Source: Octopus sinensis
Lineage: Eukaryota
Direction of reading: 5' to 3'
Assembly: GCF_006345805.1 (NCBI RefSeq)
Contig: NC_043015.1
Coordinates: forward strand, 11,842,001-11,906,000
DNA: 64,000 nucleotides
Below the pieces are notes generated by a model, which ran no database searches, was not told where the DNA came from, and saw only the letters and a program-made list of their open reading frames with translations. This document shows, piece after piece, positions 36,251 through 50,699 of the stretch. A program made the position numbers and the translations under genes. Every line of letters begins with the position of its first letter. Position 1 is the stretch's first letter.

Positions 36251-36367
36251 TACTATACACAAAAGTTGATAACATTTTTCTACCATAGCTATTCAAATAT
36301 ATTCTTTAACCATGTAACAAAAGTCTTCTGTAGTTCACTCTATTTTGTCTTATATATTACTCTCTCT

Positions 36368-36585
36368 CTTTTACTCTTTTACTTGTTTCAGTCATTTGAC
36401 TGCGGCCATGCTGGAGCACCGCCTTTAGTTAGTGATCAAATCGAACCCCGGAACTTATTCTTGTAAGCCCAGTAGCCCAGTAATTATTATATCGGTCTCT
36501 TTTGCCGAACCGCTAAGTGGCGGGGACGTAGACACACCAGCATCGGTTGTCAAGCAATGCTAGGGGGACAAACACAGACACACAA

Positions 36586-36620
<35 letters not shown>

Positions 36621-36790
36621 CATATATACGACAGGCTTCTTTCAGTTTCCGTCTACCAAATCCACTCACAAGGCATTGGTCGGCCCGGGGCTATAGCAGA
36701 AGACACTTGCCAAGATGCCACGCAATGGGACTGAACCCGCAACATATGTGGTTGGTTAGCAAGCTACTCACCACACAGCCACTCCTGCGC

Positions 36791-36792
<2 letters not shown>
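36368..36792 (-). mobile_element. SINE family A
   Basis: Reverse complement of 9812-10200. Confidence 0.95.
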
Positions 36793-36873
<81 letters not shown>

Positions 36874-36977
36874 GGGCATTATACATACATGCCAGAGGGC
36901 ATTATACATACATGCCACACGCTAAGAGGGACAATTAGTCATTTTCTACCAAAAAATATTACTAATCCCACCGAATG

Positions 36978-37015
<38 letters not shown>

Positions 37016-37249
37016 TTAATAAGGGTGAGAGAATTAGATACTAATTTAATAGTATTTTCGTGGTTGAAACCTTTTGGATTAACTGGTGCTAGAGTGAGCA
37101 ATATAGTGACCACTCTCTTATATTTATTATATATATATATATATATATATAATTATATATACCGTAACAATGCCATGTTTGTATGCGCGTGTTCATGTGT
37201 GGTTGTTGACATTTACACACACACTTATATATTTATATATGTATGTATG

Positions 37250-37304
<55 letters not shown>

Positions 37305-37689
37305 GGGTGTGTGTGTGTATTTTAATACTAAACAATTCAATTTATAAAAATCACATTTGCTGATAATATTACCTGGTATTTCATATTTCCATAGTTCAGA
37401 TTTAGGAACCCTTCCCCATGTTGCTAGCGACACATAAGATTTTCAGGTCAGAGAAGTCAGCGAATAATAACATTTCTTAAAAGTTGTCCAGAGGAAGGAG
37501 TCCTAACCTTGAAATGTGGAAATACCGGGTACTACTTGCAACTTGTACGATTTTCAAAACTTGCATTGTTTTGGCTTTCAAAGAATATAATCAAAAACAT
37601 TGATACCCACACATACACACACGTGCGCGCGCACACACACAGACGCACACACGCACACACACACACACATACGCACGCATATACACACA

Positions 37690-37863
37690 TCCACACACAT
37701 ATACATATATACATATATATATATATACATTATATAAATATATATATACATATATATATACCTACATATATATATACACCACATATATAGATATATATAT
37801 ATATATATATACATATATATATAATATGTATACATATATGTATATATATATATATATATATGT

Positions 37864-37939
<76 letters not shown>

Positions 37940-38040
37940 ATATAAGGCAAATCTTTATGAAAATTTTCTATTCTAATACACACACAGAAACAAAAATATA
38001 TATTAGTGTATGTGTGTATGTGTGTGGGTAGGTGTTTGTG

Positions 38041-38081
<41 letters not shown>

Positions 38082-38090
38082 TGATATATA
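37690..38090. repeat. (TA)n-rich microsatellite; similar tracts at 30510-30605, 33500-33580, 34760-34980, 39370-40075, 41620-41810, 43370-43530, 43980-44160, 56400-56490 and 56850-56960
   Basis: Direct inspection. Confidence 0.97.
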
Positions 38091-38465
38091 ATATAAATCT
38101 TCGCGTACGCACAAGTCTTTGCGCATGCTCACTTTCCACATGTCTCTCGTGTATCTTTTGCTACACATGCCGTCAGCCACTTTCTAACTTCCGGTCAATA
38201 CAATATGTAACATCGTTAAGACAGATACGCTTTTTACTGTTGATGTTTTCTGTCTTCATTCCTTTGTTTAGAAAGCCGTATGCTCGAAAGGTCAAAGACT
38301 TGTTCCATTTTCCATGTTTGCTGTTCTTTCACCTGTATCTGTTGTCTGTATACTTTTATATATTGTTGATGCACCATATACATATATATGTGTGTGTGTA
38401 TAATACATGGATATATATATATATATATATCTAATATATATATATATACATATATATGGGTTTAT

Positions 38466-38523
<58 letters not shown>

Positions 38524-38557
38524 TATATATAGGTTTTATGGATATATATATTTATAT

Positions 38558-38823
38558 TGAGTCATCCCATAAATATTGCTGGGTTTTTTTCGTCCTTTTT
38601 TTTTCAAAATTTTCAATAAGCAAGTTCATTTTTAATTTAAAATATTTTCTCAATATATCTAGTACATTTGTAAGGCCCCTTTTCCAAAATTCACTTGTCC
38701 GTGACGAAGAATATTACTCCAGTTCTGTTCTAACCTCGTCTACATATGCAGATAGGTATCCCGTCCCACACCGTCTTTTAGATCATGCAATTGAAAATAC
38801 TGCATTATTTATGGGATGACCCA
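38558..38823. mobile_element. Mariner-type MITE (~265 bp)
   Basis: TIRs GTCATCCCATAAATATTGC (38561) and GCATTATTTATGGGATGAC (38802-38820). Its right end is homologous to 55400-55464. Confidence 0.8.
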
Positions 38824-39098
38824 AAACGTGTGGGTGTTTGTGTATAGACGTATGTCTACGACAGCTTACGTAAGAGTGAATATATAATGGTATACATGGC
38901 TATATGTGCATGTATATTTGTATATTTATGCATGATTGTGAATTTCTATATGCACATGGAAAAATATTAACAAATACTCATGAAGAATCTGTTGTTAGAT
39001 ATATCACATTAGAACGACTGGGTTCATTTGTTTGTGTGTATGCCTCATGTATGTAGTGTATGCATACAAAAATACGCAGGGATATATATATGTATTTA

Positions 39099-39151
<53 letters not shown>

Positions 39152-39402
39152 TATTTATTTATTTATATATATATCTATACAATCATATGTTACATTACTC
39201 GATAGTCAAGATAATGTAACATATTATTGTATAGATAAATTTCCTCTTTACATAATATTGAGGTCTCTTTCTTTCTTTGTTATCTTACCGTTTTATCAAT
39301 ATATTTATATATATATATATTTCATCTAGTTTCAGCTCACGAGCTGTCGCCATGCTGGGGCACCGCCATTTTTATATATATATAATTATATATATATATA
39401 TA

Positions 39403-39492
<90 letters not shown>

Positions 39493-39563
39493 TATATATG
39501 TATATATATATATATACATATATATATATTATATATATATATATATATATAATATATATATGT

Positions 39564-39599
<36 letters not shown>

Positions 39600-39967
39600 A
39601 TGTATATATATATATAATATATATACACATATATATGTATATAATATATATATACATATATATATAACACATATATAATATATCTATATATATATATATA
39701 TTATATATATATATATCTATATATACACATAATTATTTATATATATATATATATATATTATATTATATATATATATATATATAAAACATTATTGGTGAAT
39801 TGAAGAAATGGAGCTGAACGCAGATGAACAGAAATCGTTTTATTTCATTCTACACTGTGTGATTCTACCCTGCTGTGATTTTTGTATAAGGTATGGTTTA
39901 AACTTTTGATTAATCTACTACAAGATTATTCTTTCTTCTATTTCACATAATATATATATATATAATA

Positions 39968-40057
<90 letters not shown>

Positions 40058-40577
40058 GATATATAATATATATATAACAAAGTGGAGTTGTAAGGTACCG
40101 CACGGGTGGAATTATATATGAAAGAAGGTTTGAAAAGGCAATTTTTAAAATGTTTATTTACTTTACTCGTTTCACTTATTAGAAAAAGATTGTCAAAAGT
40201 AACATGTAAAAGTTTGGTTGTGTTAATTATTGGTTGTCACAAAATACTACACTACATATATACATTCTTTGGTATGTTAGGAACAGCGTACGAAGGAAAA
40301 TCTTTGGAAAATATAAAAAAGTTTAACAAGTTCATTAAAATATTGGTCACAAAAGATTACGACATATACATACATTCTCAAGAAAATGCTAAAGATATTT
40401 TCCAGAAGGAATTACTAAAACGTTCAGTGGAATATTTGTATTGTATCTGTATATACATACACTCACAGAATATTATAAGTTCAAAAAAGTTTACATTATA
40501 GTAGTAGGGTAGATTAAACTTACCTGGTCCACCATGTTATCGTATATATATAATATATATATATATTATATACATAT

Positions 40578-40873
40578 TTTTGTTTGTTCCTACTCGAACC
40601 ATGCCTGGCTCATAAGGGCTGGTTTCCCGGTTTCCTTGGCGTATAGGTTTCCCACCTGGACGGGACGCCGGTCCGTTGCAGGTGAACTACAAGATGCTGG
40701 AGGAAAGAGTGAGAGAAAGTTGTGGAGAAAGAGTCAGCAGAAGTTCGCTATTACCTTTTGTCGGAGCTGCGTAGAGCTTAGGTGTTTCGCTCATAAACAC
40801 ACACATCGCTCGGTCTGAGATTCGAACTCGCGATCGTTTCCGCAGCTCTAACCACTAGGCCATGTGCCTCCAC
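40578..40873 (-). mobile_element. tRNA-derived SINE family C
   Basis: Reverse complement of 26815-27088, with the segment deleted there present here. Confidence 0.93.
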
Positions 40874-41700
40874 TGAGGATCTCTGGCGTGGGCATGTCAT
40901 GTGTAGCCCAATGAAAGAAAAATTCTCAGCATGGTAAGGTTAACCAATAGAGGTAGGGATACACACAAAATCGGTCCTAACAGGTTATAGCCATTGTTTC
41001 GCAGTACGTTATGTGTACAAAGATATCTGGAGAAAGTCATACGTGATAAGAATGTAGTGATCACCAACACCAAGTGAACAATCGCTTGTGATGTGTCTTG
41101 GGTTGATATAGAGGAGATTAGCTATAGGTTTCACAATACATAGGACTCATGAAGGACTGCTTTTGCAGGCGTGCTGAGTTGCATAACCTAATATCGCCTG
41201 ATCCTGGGATACGTACTCTTCTGTAGCTAGCACTAACTTACTGGCATCAAGCTTAACAACTCAGAAAGAGATGCGACCAATCCCCTAAGCTAGGACCAGA
41301 ACAATAGTTGAAATAATTCACTTCGGTACCGCAAGATTCTGCAATGCCTTTTGTCCGTGACATCAAAGGCAATTGTCTTTCTATTGTAGAGTTGTGTCAA
41401 CTCAAGCCTTCTATGTGGAACGGGGTAGAGGGGAACAGTTGAACTCAGAGATCTAGTCTCGTCACACTGTGTATCACACGGAAGTCCCCCTAAAGATTTG
41501 TTAATACTAAAAGTCTGTGAAATATTAATCCACTTCACAAAAATTCAATGCAAAGATTTGCTATCCAGTTGATCGAACTGCTACAATGCTCCTAGTCGGA
41601 ACAAACAGGAATCCTTTCATATATATATATATATATATATAATATGCGTGTGTATGTACATCTATGTGTGTATTATATGTATATATATGTATATATGTAC

Positions 41701-41737
<37 letters not shown>

Positions 41738-42473
41738 TATATATATATATAATATATATAATATATATTATATATATATAGATATATATATAGATATATA
41801 TATATATTAATTAATGAAATTTCAGTATATTAAATCATTTTTTTTTAGTTCGTTACCTTATGAAGGAATTTGCACTTCGTCAATCCTCGGAATGCCGGAA
41901 TTGGACTTTATAAATGACAAATATCCATGAATATATGAAATTTAATTTCCTATGGGATATAAGTACATTTATATTGAATGACTATTCTGAAATTCACAGC
42001 AGCTTCCAGAATGTTTGGAACTGTTTCCATTGTAAGAAATGTTATTGAATTTAGAAGACAACAAACAATGCACAAAGACAATTTCTTTCACATCTTTTGT
42101 AAACATATTTAACAGAGCACACACCTAAGACACACACATCTACACACGCACGCACGCTCGCCGACATCAACACGTATATATATATATGGAGAGAGAGAGA
42201 GAGAAATAGACGAGGGAGATATAAAGAGAATGACATAGGAATTTTATTTACGTTGCGTACAGAATCACAAAATGCTCAATGTAACTTTCTATACGAATTT
42301 TATAGACTATTATATGTCTTAATTTATGCGAGAGAGATAGAGATTACATCATCTATAGTGTGTACGCTTGCACGATCGAACGAGACTATTGCCCACCCAG
42401 TATGATTCAATAAGCCAGTTACCCCACTTATACATATGAATAAATGCACACATACACATACACAGAGTCCCTC

Positions 42474-42509
<36 letters not shown>

Positions 42510-42519
42510 CTTTGTAGTA

Positions 42520-43330
42520 TACAAATTTATTATTCTTTAACATCATTACTATTGACAGAGACTTCAAAGTTTCGGCCACCGAAGCCCTCGTCGGATTTAA
42601 ATGCATTAAGTTTAATCTTGGCTTTATATAGTATTTGTTGAGATAAAAGTTTTTCTGGATTTGTGAGATTCAGTTCAATGGTAATCAGATTGCGATGGAG
42701 AGGTGCTGAGGAGAATTTTTTCATTGATTAAATTTGGCGTTATGCTTTTGTTCAAAATTCATTCGTGCTTGTAGTACTTTGTAAAGAGATGTGTATATTT
42801 AGGTGTGACAGCTTTAGGTCATAGGTTGCTTTTTAGTGGTTTACAAAAAGTTAGTAGGGAAGTAGAAGCCCTATGGTCAGCAGATATGTAATGAGTTTTA
42901 GCTACTTTTGGTTTTATTAGATTGAAACCTTTGCTATGGCAATGTAAATTTCAAAGTTTAAAGTTTAGTCCAATATTTAAACACTTAGTAATTGGGTGTA
43001 TCAGCTTTCTTTGTAGTGAAGTTTTTAAGAGTTCACAAAAGAATGTAAGTAGGTGGTATGTTTTAATTGGTCAGTTAGTGTCTTTACTTGCTGTTGAGGT
43101 TATATAGACTATTTCCTGTTTGTATTTAGAAGGTGAGAGTTATTAGTCGAGCCTGTCATGATGTTGTCAATAGATAATTTTTTTTATTTTGTGCTTTGAT
43201 GATCATAACAGGATGTGAGTTGGTGAAAAAGTTGTTGCTTAGTATAGTATACTTCCCTCTATAAACAATTCATTAATATGCAGAAATTTTATCCTCTGCG
43301 TTTTGCGGAGACATTGTTTGTAGGCTGTGT
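42520..43330 (-). pseudogene. Penelope-like GIY-YIG endonuclease fossil with hammerhead-like motif in its 3' region
   Basis: Minus frame KQEIVYITSTASKDTN*PIKTY resembles the PLE endonuclease start; motif CCGACGA-stem-GAAAC-stem-GTC at 42594-42560. Confidence 0.55.
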
Positions 43331-43362
43331 CATGTATGTAGAGATAGATGGATAGGTATATG

Positions 43363-43402
<40 letters not shown>

Positions 43403-43780
43403 TAATATATATATATATATTATATAATATATATATATATATATACACAATATATATATGTGTATATATATATATTTATATATTATATAATATATAATCT
43501 ATATAATATATAAATATATGCATATATATACGCACACACATGTACCTGTGTATGTATATATTTGGTGTTTGTAAAGTGTCTCTCTTTGGACATTTGAAAT
43601 ACTTACTCGGTGGCGAATGAAATCCCAAGGCTTAAACTAGTGCGGTTGGTTCCTCTCTTGCACTGCTCCAACATTATTTATACAGACAAGTTGTTTACGC
43701 CTGACTATACGTACACAGTTGGCTTAAACGTGTATATTAATCGTACGGACACACGCATTAAGGTATTTTATATATGTGTG

Positions 43781-43817
<37 letters not shown>

Positions 43818-43981
43818 ATGTGTGTGCACCTGTCTATATATACATATATATATATATATACGCATATATATACAAATATATGAGCACATATATGAAAGCA
43901 CAGACAAAAGCTCAAACCCAAATATTCATAAACATATATATGCATATATAAAAGTCCTATACATACATGTAGACATGTGTA

Positions 43982-44037
<56 letters not shown>

Positions 44038-44891
44038 TATGTATATCTATATATATATATGTATGTATATATATATGTATGTATATATATATGTATACAT
44101 ATGTATATCTATATGTATATGTATGTATATATATATATATATGTGTATGTGTATACACACATACACACATACACGCGAACATATGTGTGTGTATATTTAT
44201 GATTTTGGTGATGGTCTCCTGTATATGTTGAAATTAATTTCCTCATTTTGTGTTATCGTATTTTATATTTTATATTTTATATTTATTACATTTATATTTG
44301 AATTCGCGGTAATTTTATTCTGGTTTGTTCCTCAACTAAATGATTATTATAATAAAAGAAAATCACAGGATGTAGCCATGTTAATAACAGCAAGCTTTCG
44401 AGACACAAGTAGCGCTGATAACGAACAATTAGCAAATCACTAGCGAACAAAATTACTGCCTGTCAGTGAAGGACGAACACAGAACTAGACTCAAGTCAGT
44501 AATGATGTTAGCGGTGTGTACGTATGTAGTTATGGAGTTTTATATTGGTATGGCAGTGTCAACTTTACAAAACTTCCAATTAAATGTACATGTTGCTGCA
44601 ATTCTTAACAATACTGTAATGCAGTGAAAGGCGACGGAGTTGATAGTCTTGTTAGAACGAACACACAATTAGATGATTTATACAGAATCAACAAGACGAC
44701 AGAGGAGTCTTTATATGGGAACCCAACGTCATAGATATATCTGAGAAGCGATTTTCATAATGGGGAATGGTAGATACTCGTGGTACGTTCACTAAACACG
44801 GTAAATATCCATCACAATAAATCTGTTCTCGCAGTATCGCGATATAAACTGCTTTTAATTTGTTGTCAAGTCATATACTGACATCTGTATG

Positions 44892-45425
<534 letters not shown>

Positions 45426-45889
45426 ATATATGTATGGCGCTTCAGCATAGCCTCAGTCTAATGAGTGAAACAAGTAAAAGTGTATAGGTACGCGTGTTAT
45501 TATTCGGTTTTAGTGCGAGATTTCGTGCCAGTAGAGAAATTGCCGGTTTCTAACCTAGATTTCTTGGAATTTCAACAACATCGACAGGGTATTTTGGCAT
45601 GTATGTATATGTGCAGATTTGTATGTTTTGTTTTATATATGTATTCTCATGCATATAGTTGCATGTCTGGAACGTTTTACAGATTTTTGCAGTTCCAGTG
45701 ATGTCTTGTATTTCTTGTCTTCGAATCAGCGTGTATGTATGTATGCATGCACGCATGCATGTATGTATGTATGTATGTATGTATGTGTATGTATGTATGT
45801 ATGTATGTATGTATGTATGCATGTATGTATGTATGTATGTATGTATGTATGTATGTATGTATGTATGTATGAAGGGAAGGGTCTTCCTT

Positions 45890-46258
45890 TGATTCTGACA
45901 TGCAATGTCTGTGCAAGACCCTGCCTCAGTAAAGCTGGACTCATGAGTCATCTTCGTATCATAAAACGAGACAGATGAGTGACAACCTGGCACACTGGTG
46001 GTGGTGTGTAACACACCATACTAATCATATCTGTCGGGCATGTGGAAGAGAGTGTAATTCGGCAGGAGGACTTAAACGACATGCAAAGGTACATGAAGCC
46101 CAGTTACAACTACAGCCGACTATTACCAGTAAAGGTTTTAGTTGCCAATTTTCTACAAGACATTGCTAAAAAGTCACATTCGATCACAGCACCAGTAACA
46201 GTTAAGCTTCGTGCAATGGCCATACTCGATCACGAGGGGGCAGCCATAATAATAATAA
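45890..46258 (+). pseudogene. RTE-type LINE 3' end with C2H2 zinc-finger remnants and (TAA)n tail
   Basis: LTCNVCARPCLSKAGLMSHLR, HICRACGRECNSAGGLKRHAKVH and FSCQF...KSHIR, joined by frameshifts, then CATAATAATAATAAT. Confidence 0.75.
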
Positions 46259-46478
46259 TGTATGTATGTATAGATCATGCCAGGTTGGTGTGTTTAAATA
46301 GAAATAACCTGAAATGCGTTGTTTAATTGTAAGAAATAACGTCTGATAGATTAGTAGCTTCCCTAAGTTATCACATCCTATTAAGACAACTATCATACGC
46401 CACTGCTTTCAAATCAAATCCTGCAGTCTCAAAATACAAAGTGCAAGAGAAACATTCCGTAAGGTAGTTGTAGATACA

Positions 46479-46858
46479 GTGGAGGCGCAATGGCCCAGTG
46501 GTTAGGGCAGCGGTCGTAGGATCGCGGTTTCGATTCCCATACCGGGCGTTGTGAGTGTTTATTGAGCGAAAACACCTAAAGCTCCACGAGGCTCCGGCAG
46601 GGGATGGTGGTGATCCTTGCTGTACTCTTTCACCACCACTTTCTCTCACTTTACTTCCTGTTTCTGTTGTACCTGTTATTTCAAAGGGCCGGCCTTGTCA
46701 CTCTCTGTGTCACGCTGATATCCCCGAGAAGCTACGGTAAGGGTACACGTGTCTGTGGAGTGCTCAGCCACTTACACGTTAATTTCACGAGCAGGCTGTT
46801 CTGTTGATCGGATCAACCGGAACCCTCGTCGTCGTAACCGACGGAGTGCTTCCTTCCC
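46479..46858 (+). mobile_element. tRNA-derived SINE family D with 11-bp TSD
   Basis: GGAGGCGCAATGGCCCAGTGG head; TTGTAGATACA at 46468-46478 and 46859-46869. Confidence 0.93.
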
Positions 46859-47274
46859 TTGTAGATACACTAGCTCTGAAAGAAAACGAATTCATTATAT
46901 CTGAAATGTCTTTGGTTGTAGGAGTCTACAGCCAAACATTAAATGCAAAAGCGTCTAGCATTTCTTATTTCTAGTTATATATTAAGCCAAAGTCCTTGGA
47001 GATGTGGAATAAGAAAGATAGCAAAGAAAATAGATGGTTTCTTACGGAATTCCAGCGTCTACATTATAAATTTATAGTTTTTTTATATTACTGGTACTTG
47101 CATTATTAATACTGGAAGGGGATTTGCATTTAAAACACTTAGCCCAGAATAATATAATATATTGATTTCAGCAATTTCGGGGGAGGGGTAAGGCAATTAC
47201 ATTGACACACCCCTCCCCACTGTTTAACTGGTACTTATTTTATCAACTCCTGGAATTTCGTAACATATAATAAT

Positions 47275-47320
<46 letters not shown>

Positions 47321-47325
47321 ATATA

Positions 47326-47367
<42 letters not shown>

Positions 47368-47384
47368 CATATACATATACACAT

Positions 47385-47985
47385 ACAGTGTGCGGTGAGT
47401 AACTACCGTCTAAATTACTCTGAAAATAACACTGACATCTCATTTTAACAGATATATTTACCAAAATTTCATAAAAGTAACTTGAAATACTAGAGTAAAC
47501 CTATTCATTATATTCGCCATTGGCTTCAACCACGGCCTCCAAACGACTTCAGAATCTCCTGCAGCTCTTCTGCGTGGTCTCCTTGTTTAAAGTTGGCCAA
47601 TGCAGCCATAATCCTTGCCTTCAGTTCATCTATGGTGTTACAAGGAGTTTTGTTGGTCTCTCACTCATAATAATCAAGGGGATTGCAGTCTGGGGAGTTA
47701 GTGGCCAGATGTTAGGGGTGATGTGGTTGCAGAAATTGTCTGACAGCCATGACTGGGTTCTCCTCCTCGTGTGGTATGTTGCTTCTGCTCGTATGGCATG
47801 TTGCAAGACAGAGGGTCTTCCAGCAGCGACCCTCTTCATGTCCTCTGATTACACTGTTTTCAGATTGATACCCAAACAATCTGAAATGTTCGTATTGGAG
47901 CTTCTGACGCGAATGCCAAGCAGTACAGCATGTCGCTTCCAGATTTTTGGCTGAGTGAATTGCGTCATGGTGCTGGCTTTCTCAT
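47385..47985 (-). mobile_element. DD37D (maT) transposon, internally deleted second copy
   Basis: Aligns with 31302-31765, then jumps to 32335-32470; reads SWLSDNFCNHITPNIWP. Confidence 0.88.
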
Positions 47986-48000
47986 ATATATATATATCTT

Positions 48001-48357
48001 TATCTTTTATCTTTTATCTTTTACTTGTTTCAGTCATTTGACTGCGGCCATGCTGGAGCACCGCCTTTAGTCGAGCAAATCGACCCCGGGACTTATTCTT
48101 TGTAAGCCCAGTACTTATTCTATCGGTCTCTTTTGCCGAACCGCTAAGTGACGGGGACGTAAACACACCAGCATCGGTTGTCAAGCAATGCTAGGGGGAC
48201 AAACACACAAACACACACACATATATACATATATACGACAGGCTTCTTTCAGTTTCCGTCTACCAAATCCACTCACAAGGCATTGGTCGGCCGGGGCTAT
48301 AGCAGAAGAAGACACTTGCCCAAGATGCCACGCAGTGGGACTGAACCCGGAACCATG
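48001..48357 (-). mobile_element. SINE family A (5'-truncated)
   Basis: Reverse complement of 9850-10200. Confidence 0.94.
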
Positions 48358-48982
48358 TTGTCTTGGATGAATCTCACATTACAGTCTTTCTTAAAGGACG
48401 CAGTGAATAATACAGCACTTCATATACTGCATGAGAAACAAAGACAAGATGGACGACAATGGAGTATCTTTGACCGTTGATTTTTCCGATTCGAGCAGAA
48501 ATGAGGGTAAACGAGAAAAATATCAAAACAATCAAGAACACTGTTTTCGGATTATTTAAAATAAAAGTATATACACAACAGTTGATATACAACGTGAATC
48601 TGGCAGATTGCAGCAATAACACTTTTGACTGTTCATCAGTACATAACTTGCATTATAGTGTGGTATCTCAAGTCTATGCAAAGACAAAGAGACACATGAG
48701 GATTGTGTATACCTTGAAATGTCTATACAGCAGGACATAAAGCATCTATAAATTGATATTCATTAGGACACGAAATTATAAGTTATAAACATCGAAACGT
48801 ATTCCCTGAAATACATCTACTTAAAACACACAGATATACACACACCATCCACACACAAACACACACATAGACACACACAATATTTATACACAAATATACA
48901 CTTATGGATAGATATATAAATGCATAAAAATATGTGGCTATATATATATATGTATATATATATGTGTGTGTGTGTATGTATA

Positions 48983-49017
<35 letters not shown>

Positions 49018-49211
49018 CGTGTGTGTGTGTGTGTGTTTCTTTGTGTATGTATGTGTATAATTTTGTATATATATATATGTATGTGTGTATGTGGCTGTAT
49101 TGATTGTGCATTCAGCTACATGACACGCCATGCGCAAAGACAGTAACATATGTAAGTATATATGTATGTGCCAGAGACATAAAGAGAAAGTAAACCTAAT
49201 GTACAGCATCT

Positions 49212-49245
<34 letters not shown>

Positions 49246-49793
49246 ATATATGTATGTATGTATGTACTTATATGTATGCAATATGTATGTATATATTTGC
49301 ACATATATATATGTGTGTGTGTGAGTGTGTGCGTGAGTACATGCAGACATGAATAGCTTCATAGAAACACACTTTTACCATAATAAGTTAACATATATGA
49401 GTACACACTCACACACATATACATGCGTTCGTGAGTGTATGTATATACGTAACAGTAAATAGGAATAGAATAAAGTCATATACAGATAAATTTCATTAAT
49501 TCCAATTAAAGAACACGCGGAATTTTATTGCTTATTGGCAAAGTTTTGGGTTTATTTTGTTCCATAAAAATACAAAATATTATAATGTTATAATTTCAGC
49601 TGAATCTATGAAATAACTCATTTGTATTTTGTTTAGAAACATTAATTCCTTTGATCATACATGTAATTATTGTTCAGTTATTGGTTTGTCTTTGTTCATA
49701 GTTTCACGGTTATCGACCGGGATAAATGATCATTTTAGCAGACGTCATATTTTACGGGTGCGTAATTGAACTTACAAACGCCAATAAAAGTGT

Positions 49794-49834
<41 letters not shown>

Positions 49835-50426
49835 CAAACATAGATATATATATATATATATATTGATATTTATATGTATATATATTGATATTTATATGTA
49901 TATATAGATAGATTTATATATATGTGTGTATAAACTTCAACATATATGTACATATGTATACATTCATGTACAAATACTAAATTACATACATACATAGATA
50001 TTATCTAAATTATATATATGCATATGAATATGTGTGCTTACACACACACACATACACACACACATCTGATCACATCCTACACATGTACTGTACACAGCCT
50101 CACGCGTCCACACATATGCACTTATAAATACACGAAACACATCACTTCATACAGCACACGTACTTGTTTACTCATACACGTACACACTCCTGCTCACATA
50201 CACACAGGATCAGATAATCTAATGTTCGCCCACACATAAATACACACGCGCTCGCCCCCTAACTCCAGCACACGCACACTTATACAATCATACACACACA
50301 CGCTTGCAAATCCCGGTTTAGGTGGGTCACTGTTATTTCTCCTTCCATTCGCCTCATCCTTTCGGTTGCTTCAACATGTGGAACATTTAATCCTGACACA
50401 TTTTTCTCTTTCCATCTCTCTCTCTC

Positions 50427-50457
<31 letters not shown>

Positions 50458-50591
50458 GTCTATCTATTTATCTATCTCTCTATCTATCTCTATCTCTCTC
50501 TCTCTTATCCATTGTCCTCAAGCGTCAGACTAATACACCTGATTGTTGTTTCTTCATCTGTTTGTGTCTTTTGTTTTCTGTACATTTGGAC

Positions 50592-50680
<89 letters not shown>

Positions 50681-50699
50681 GAGGGAGAGAGAGAGAGAG

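Noticed and set aside
37373-37423. Possible 51-nt minus-strand exon (TWGRVPKSELWKYEIP) with AG/GT boundaries
   Set aside because: Weak polypyrimidine tract, no recognisable domain and no partner exons; expected by chance.
40880-41600. Complex sequence that may be a LINE remnant (also 21000-21570, 22000-22930 and 27900-28560)
   Set aside because: No motif could be assigned by eye; left unannotated pending a repeat-library search.
45890-46200. Host C2H2 zinc-finger gene
   Set aside because: Fingers are frameshifted, lack TGEKP linkers, and end in a (TAA)n retroposon tail.
48385-48480. Ankyrin-like KDAVNNTALHIL peptide
   Set aside because: Single short match, stop soon after, and no supporting exon structure.
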